Assembly: GCA_051872765.1 (NCBI GenBank)
Contig: JBJEED010000030.1
Coordinates: forward strand, 1 to 53,751
Direction of reading: 5' to 3'
DNA length: 53,751 nucleotides
Origin: Bacilli bacterium
Lineage (GTDB): Bacteria > Bacillota_I > Bacilli_A > RF39 > UBA660
In this document: piece by piece, positions 49,114 to 53,751 of the stretch
How positions within the stretch are numbered: position 1 is the stretch's first letter
Layout: each line of letters starts with the position of its first letter
Program-made: the position numbers and the translations under genes
Notes under the pieces: model-generated
Databases searched by the model: none
What the model was told of the DNA's origin: nothing
The model's input: the letters and a program-made list of their open reading frames with translations, nothing else

Positions 49114-51323
49114 TATTCCATCTCCTCACTATTTTCTTCTAATTTAACAAGAACATCTCTTGGCTTAGAACCTTTTGCTGGTCCAACAATTCCACGTTCT
49201 TCAAACATATCCATTATACGAGCTGCTCTATTATACCCAATACTATACTTTCTTTGAATAAGAGACGCACTAATTTGTCCCATACGAATTGCATAATTTA
49301 GTACCTCTTCATATAGTACATCTTTTTGATCTGACTTATCAGCCCCTCCATTACTGCTTGAACTACCACTAGAAGATGCGTCCAAATTACTAAACTTTTC
49401 ACTATATTTTGGAGCTGATGAACCATTTTTAATAAAATCTACAACTCTTTTTATTTCATCATCACTTACGAAACTTCCTTGAACTCTTGTAGGTGTATTT
49501 TCATCTTGAGGTTTATATAACATATCTCCTTTACCAAGCAATTTTTCTGCACCAACCATATCAAGTATAGTTCTACTATCTATTGATGATGATACTGCAA
49601 ATGATATACGAGTTGGTATGTTTGCTTTAATAACACCTGTAATTACATTAGTACTAGGTCTTTGAGTCGCTACTATTAAATGTATACCTGCGGCTCTTGC
49701 AAGTTGAGTTATTCTCATAATACTCTCTTCAACATCCTTAGCAGCAACCAACATTAAATCAGCAAGCTCATCTATTATTACTAATATATATGGCATTTTC
49801 TTAAGACCACAATCTGGATCTTTTTTAAGTTTTTTTTCAATATAATCATTATAACCAGTTATATTTTTAGTACCACTATTTTTAAATGTCTCATACCTAT
49901 CATCCATCTCAACAACTATTTTTTGTAGGGCAGCACTAGCTTTTTTTGGATCAGTTACAACTGGTATTAATAAATGAGGCATATTATCATAAACACTAAA
50001 TTCTACTTTTTTAGGATCAACAAGTACCATCTTAACTTCATCAGGAGTAGTTCTCATTATTACTGACATTATTATATTATTAATACAAACACTCTTACCA
50101 CTACCAGTAGAACCAGCTACTAGCATATGTGGAGTTTTATCAATTTCAACGCACTTAACTCTACCCATTATATCTCTACCAAGAGGAGCAGCTAATTTAG
50201 AATCTTTATATTTTTGATTTCTTTCTAAATCTTCCATTATTTCTCTCATTGATACAGGAATTATATTTTGATTAGGTATTTCAATACCAACAGTATTCTT
50301 ACCTGGTATTGGTGCTTCTATTCTAACTTCTTTTGCTGCTAATGCAAGAGCCATTTCACGAGAAATACTAAGAACTTTATTTACTTTAGTTCCCCTATCA
50401 ATTGCCATTTCATATTGAGTAACCGCAGGACCAACATGAACTTCAATTACTTTAGCATGCATATTAAAATCTTCAAAAACTCTTTCTAGTATTTTAGTGT
50501 TATTTGCTATATATTCAGTAGTATTACTCTTATTATTTTTATTCTTATTAGGATTTAATAATTGAATAGATGGTTTAATATAAACATCTTTACCATCCTC
50601 TTTAATAGGAATTTCTGTTTTTTCGTTTACTTCTTCTTGTTTATGAGGCTCTAAATCTTCTACACTCGTAATAACAACTCGTTTATCTTTAACTTCATCA
50701 TCTTCACTATCTTCTTCCTCTTCTTCAACTTCATCTTCATCATCAGATTTAAAGAATAATTTCTTAAAGAATCTTACTATACCTTTAACAATATCAGCAA
50801 TTGTTATATCAAATATCATTATTAATCCAAATATACTTATTATTACTATTACTATAGTTGCTCCCTCTACTGCAAATAATGATACAAGCGCCCAAGAGAA
50901 AAGTGCACCAATTATACCACCACCAGTATTTCTAATTTGACTAACATTATCGAAAGCAACCTCTATATTATTGATTGTTGCACTAAATATTTCTGCTGTT
51001 GGTAAATTATTATTTGTTATATATTTAATATGTGAAAATAATAATATTGCTATTATTATTGAGTATATTCCTATTAATCTTGCTGTAAAATATTTAGGAT
51101 TTCCTCTTGCAATAATCATATATACTCCTATTCCAAGTGCAAAAACTAAGAATAAGAAAAACCATGATCCAAACATAAATATTGCAAATTTTTTAACTAA
51201 ACCACCCACTATACCAAAAGCACCAAGACCTGTTATTGAAAGCAATATCATAACTAAGCCAATAACTTCATTAGTATATGCAAACCCTTCTTTTTCTTCA
51301 CTCTGTTTTTTCTTCTTTGCCAC
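49113..51323 (-). CDS. ftsK: FtsK/SpoIIIE DNA translocase
   Basis: N-terminal TMs, RIEAPIPGK, PHMLVAGSTGSGKS, IDELAD, LARAAGIH, ATQRPS, gamma domain (SASLIQRKYSIGYNRAARIMD); GTG start. Confidence 0.97.
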   Translation of the reverse strand: MAKKKKQSEEKEGFAYTNEVIGLVMILLSITGLGAFGIVGGLVKKFAIFMFGSWFFLFLVFALGIGVYMIIARGNPKYFTARLIGIYSIIIAILLFSHIKYITNNNLPTAEIFSATINNIEVAFDNVSQIRNTGGGIIGALFSWALVSLFAVEGATIVIVIISIFGLIMIFDITIADIVKGIVRFFKKLFFKSDDEDEVEEEEEDSEDDEVKDKRVVITSVEDLEPHKQEEVNEKTEIPIKEDGKDVYIKPSIQLLNPNKNKNNKSNTTEYIANNTKILERVFEDFNMHAKVIEVHVGPAVTQYEMAIDRGTKVNKVLSISREMALALAAKEVRIEAPIPGKNTVGIEIPNQNIIPVSMREIMEDLERNQKYKDSKLAAPLGRDIMGRVKCVEIDKTPHMLVAGSTGSGKSVCINNIIMSVIMRTTPDEVKMVLVDPKKVEFSVYDNMPHLLIPVVTDPKKASAALQKIVVEMDDRYETFKNSGTKNITGYNDYIEKKLKKDPDCGLKKMPYILVIIDELADLMLVAAKDVEESIMRITQLARAAGIHLIVATQRPSTNVITGVIKANIPTRISFAVSSSIDSRTILDMVGAEKLLGKGDMLYKPQDENTPTRVQGSFVSDDEIKRVVDFIKNGSSAPKYSEKFSNLDASSSGSSSSNGGADKSDQKDVLYEEVLNYAIRMGQISASLIQRKYSIGYNRAARIMDMFEERGIVGPAKGSKPRDVLVKLEENSEEME

Positions 51324-51331
51324 TTTCTCAC

Positions 51332-53044
51332 CTAACTTTCCATCTTGTTTAGAAGTTTCTTATGAATACCAGGTTCTACAATATTAAGAGCATTAATAAC
51401 TATTGTTAAAGATTCTTGATAGTTTCCACTATAAAAAGCTTTTTTACTAGCTATTAAACCCTCTTCTACTTCTTTGTTGCTAGATCTATATCTATTACCA
51501 TAAACAATAGCCATTTCAGCCATCGCTGCTGTTTTAGTTGTAGTACTTGCCGTTTGATATAATTTTAATGCTAAATCCCTTGCTGTATCAACCCTTAGAT
51601 TAAGAGTTTTGATAGAAATAGGTTTTTTAGATATCTCTATATTAATATTTTTAACTGCTTCATAGGCTTCTTTTAATTCTACATAAAAAGTATCTGGTAT
51701 TATCGGTAAATCATAATCTTTAATTTTATATTTAGAATTATTAATTATATTTTTAATTTCATATAATTGATCTCTTGCTCTTGCTTCATCTTCTTTTAAA
51801 CTTCCTAAATTTTTAAGTGTATTTTCTAACTTATCTTCTACTTTAGATAGTTTAACCGCAACCATTTCACATTCGCTACTAAGTTTTGAAAAAGGCATAA
51901 CTTTAGATAATGTTCTATCATTTATTAATTTAAAACTATCTTTTACCTCAGTTAATTCACTGTTAATTTCATCAATAATTACAATTTCATCATCATCCAA
52001 ATCATATGTATCCTTCAAATTATCAATTTCAGAATATAGATTTCTAACTATAGAACTAACTTTAGATATTCTCTCACCAATATTAATAATTCCTCTTTCA
52101 TAATCTCTTTTGCCTCTTTTTTCAGCTTCAAAATCACTATATAACCCTTCGTAATAATCAAGTAATGTTTTTAGTTCAAATATGGAATCTTGAAGATTTA
52201 AAACATTTAATCTATCCATTATTTCACCAATTTTTTTATTTGTTTCCTCTATGTTATAATCAATATTCAAATATTCAATATTATATCCATCTCTAGTTAA
52301 TTTAGCACTCATATTTTTAATATCATTCATTTTCTTAGGTAATATCATAGTTGCCATAAGTACTATTGTAGGTGCTTCATCAATAACTATACTAATATTA
52401 TTAATCATATCATCAAGAACTTTAACTATTTTACCAAGCTCAGATAATTCTTTATTCATTATTGCTACTTCAAAAGCACTAAATAACTTATCAATGTTCT
52501 CAAATTGTAATTCTATTCTACTAGATACATCATGATAATCATTTTTATTTTTGTTATATTTAAATACCACTTCTCTATATATACTTTTAAGTTTAGTAAT
52601 AGCATCCCTATTTCTCTCTTCACTCTCTGTTAGTTCTTTTATTTCATTTAATAATTTAATAGATTTTGTCTTAACATGATATAAATCTTTCTCAACTAAC
52701 GCAAGAGACTTATATGCTTCATTATATTCTTTATTCATACAAGTTGTTTCAACATCAACTAAAGCATCCGTTAATCTTGGTATATCATCTTTTTCTATTT
52801 TTTCAAATCTATTTTTCCAACTTTCAACATCCCTTTCCATCTTTTTATTATTTACAAGTTTACCTGCTTTAGAAAGTTCAGTTATTAAGGATGCTGATAT
52901 TATAAGATTCTTTTCAGTAGTTAATTTATCTATTGTGCTAAGTATATTTTTTTTCTTTTTTAATTTAATAATTATGGTTAAAATATATAAAAGAAATATT
53001 AGAAATAAAAACACTATAGTAATAATTGCTGTTATTTTATCCAT
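51332..53044 (-). CDS. ezrA: Septation ring formation regulator EzrA
   Basis: Single N-terminal TM, long spectrin-like helical repeats, C-terminal IVYGNRYRS motif; start moved to ATG 53044 after AGGAGG. Confidence 0.88.
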   Translation of the reverse strand: MDKITAIITIVFLFLIFLLYILTIIIKLKKKKNILSTIDKLTTEKNLIISASLITELSKAGKLVNNKKMERDVESWKNRFEKIEKDDIPRLTDALVDVETTCMNKEYNEAYKSLALVEKDLYHVKTKSIKLLNEIKELTESEERNRDAITKLKSIYREVVFKYNKNKNDYHDVSSRIELQFENIDKLFSAFEVAIMNKELSELGKIVKVLDDMINNISIVIDEAPTIVLMATMILPKKMNDIKNMSAKLTRDGYNIEYLNIDYNIEETNKKIGEIMDRLNVLNLQDSIFELKTLLDYYEGLYSDFEAEKRGKRDYERGIINIGERISKVSSIVRNLYSEIDNLKDTYDLDDDEIVIIDEINSELTEVKDSFKLINDRTLSKVMPFSKLSSECEMVAVKLSKVEDKLENTLKNLGSLKEDEARARDQLYEIKNIINNSKYKIKDYDLPIIPDTFYVELKEAYEAVKNINIEISKKPISIKTLNLRVDTARDLALKLYQTASTTTKTAAMAEMAIVYGNRYRSSNKEVEEGLIASKKAFYSGNYQESLTIVINALNIVEPGIHKKLLNKMES

Positions 53045-53243
53045 AATATCTATCCTCCTAGTACATTTTAACATATTTATATTTTTTTTTATAGTATTTT
53101 TTACTAAAAGGCAAATGATTTTTATAATAAAAATAAGATAATAATAATTATTCTATAATTTATATAGTTAATATTCATTATTATTAAATAATAAAATGAT
53201 AATAATGAAATTACAACTTTTTAAAAAATTTTTATGTTAAGTA

Positions 53244-53272
53244 TTGTCAAAATAAACTAAATATGGTATTAT
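53244..53272 (+). promoter_or_regulatory. Sigma-A promoter of tRNA-Met
   Basis: TTGTCA, 17 nt, TATTAT with TGn. Confidence 0.75.
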
Positions 53273-53293
53273 CAATGTACTTGATTGGTTTAT

Positions 53294-53370
53294 GGCGATG
53301 TAGCTCAGTTGGCTAGAGCATCTGGTTCATACCCAGGAGGTCGTGGGTTCGAATCCCTCCGTCGCTACCA
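53294..53370 (+). tRNA. tRNA-Met (CAU), elongator type
   Basis: Full cloverleaf GGCGATG...CGTCGCTACCA with anticodon loop TTCATAC and encoded CCA. Position 1 pairs with 72 (G-U) and there is no GGG/CCC anticodon stem, so it is not an initiator; it resembles the B. subtilis elongator tRNA-Met. Confidence 0.95.
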
Positions 53371-53381
53371 AAAAGAATTCT

Positions 53382-53407
53382 ACTCGAACTATTATAGTTC
53401 GAGTTTT
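53382..53407 (+). terminator. Terminator after tRNA-Met
   Basis: ACTCGAACTA-TTA-TAGTTCGAGT-TTT. Confidence 0.75.
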
Positions 53408-53534
53408 ATAATACAAAAATTTATGATAAAATATATTGGTAGAAATCAAATTTTTTGTCAATTTGGAAACACACTTGCATATTAATAGTATCAATATGCA
53501 GTATTACATAGAGAATACGAAAGAAGTTGATTTT

Positions 53535-53751
53535 ATGGCAATAGATTCTCATATGCACATTAATCGCATGGTTTTAAAAAATACAAAAAAATATATTGAT
53601 GAGATAAATAGTAATCATAATATCGATAGTGTAATAAATGTTGGGCTTGATATTGATACTTCAAATGAGTCACTTATGATTTCGAACATAAATTCAAAAT
53701 TTTATTCTACTGTTGGAATACATCCATTATATACTGAATTACAAGATATAG
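53535..53751 (+). CDS. tatD: TatD-family hydrolase, 5' part (cut by window end)
   Basis: MAIDSHMH...VINVGLDIDTS...FYSTVGIHP; not in the supplied ORF track. Confidence 0.85.
   Translation, partial: MAIDSHMHINRMVLKNTKKYIDEINSNHNIDSVINVGLDIDTSNESLMISNINSKFYSTVGIHPLYTELQDI

Noticed and set aside
53285-53485. 66-aa ORF
   Set aside because: It is a translation of the tRNA-Met gene and its terminator.
53476-53518. Two small inverted repeats upstream of tatD as a possible riboswitch
   Set aside because: No match to riboswitch cores I know; the first repeat overlaps a likely -10 and may be an operator or chance.
53294-53751. tRNA as an integration site for an island
   Set aside because: No integrase or att duplication is visible; a terminator and tatD follow directly.

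Overview
A 53.7-kb, very AT-rich chromosomal segment with almost all genes on the minus strand. It uses genetic code 11 (TGA acts as a stop in ATGA overlaps). Gene content points to a reduced-genome member of the Bacilli (RF39-like; inferred, not tested). Most of it is housekeeping: glyQS, rnhB, tsf-rpsB, lepB, rplS, ftsW-like, tmk-thyA-folA, rnhC, mutS, rel-dtd, secDF, rpsO-pnp, ymfF/H, deoD, ftsK, ezrA, tRNA-Met and a partial tatD. Between these lie orphan genes, a TetR/HdeD/MMPL locus and a five-gene vWA-SBP/XpaC/SBP/TelA/AAA locus. I found no CRISPR array, prophage or complete transposase, only a probable IS3-family end at the left edge. The strongest candidates for something new are: (1) a promoter-bounded minimal Gly T-box that seems to lack both the distal Stem I T-loops and Stem II; (2) a 690-aa protein made of two wHTH+metallophosphoesterase modules, the first catalytically dead and the second intact; (3) a long Rel whose (p)ppGpp-hydrolase motif is degenerate; (4) an orphan-receptor TelA/XpaC envelope system with a SpoVK-type ATPase behind an internal terminator; (5) a CotY/Z spore-crust gene with a sigma-K plus GerE-like promoter; (6) a uORF/terminator/anti-SD leader on the dTTP-synthesis operon. 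All family calls come from motif recognition by eye; no database searches were run.
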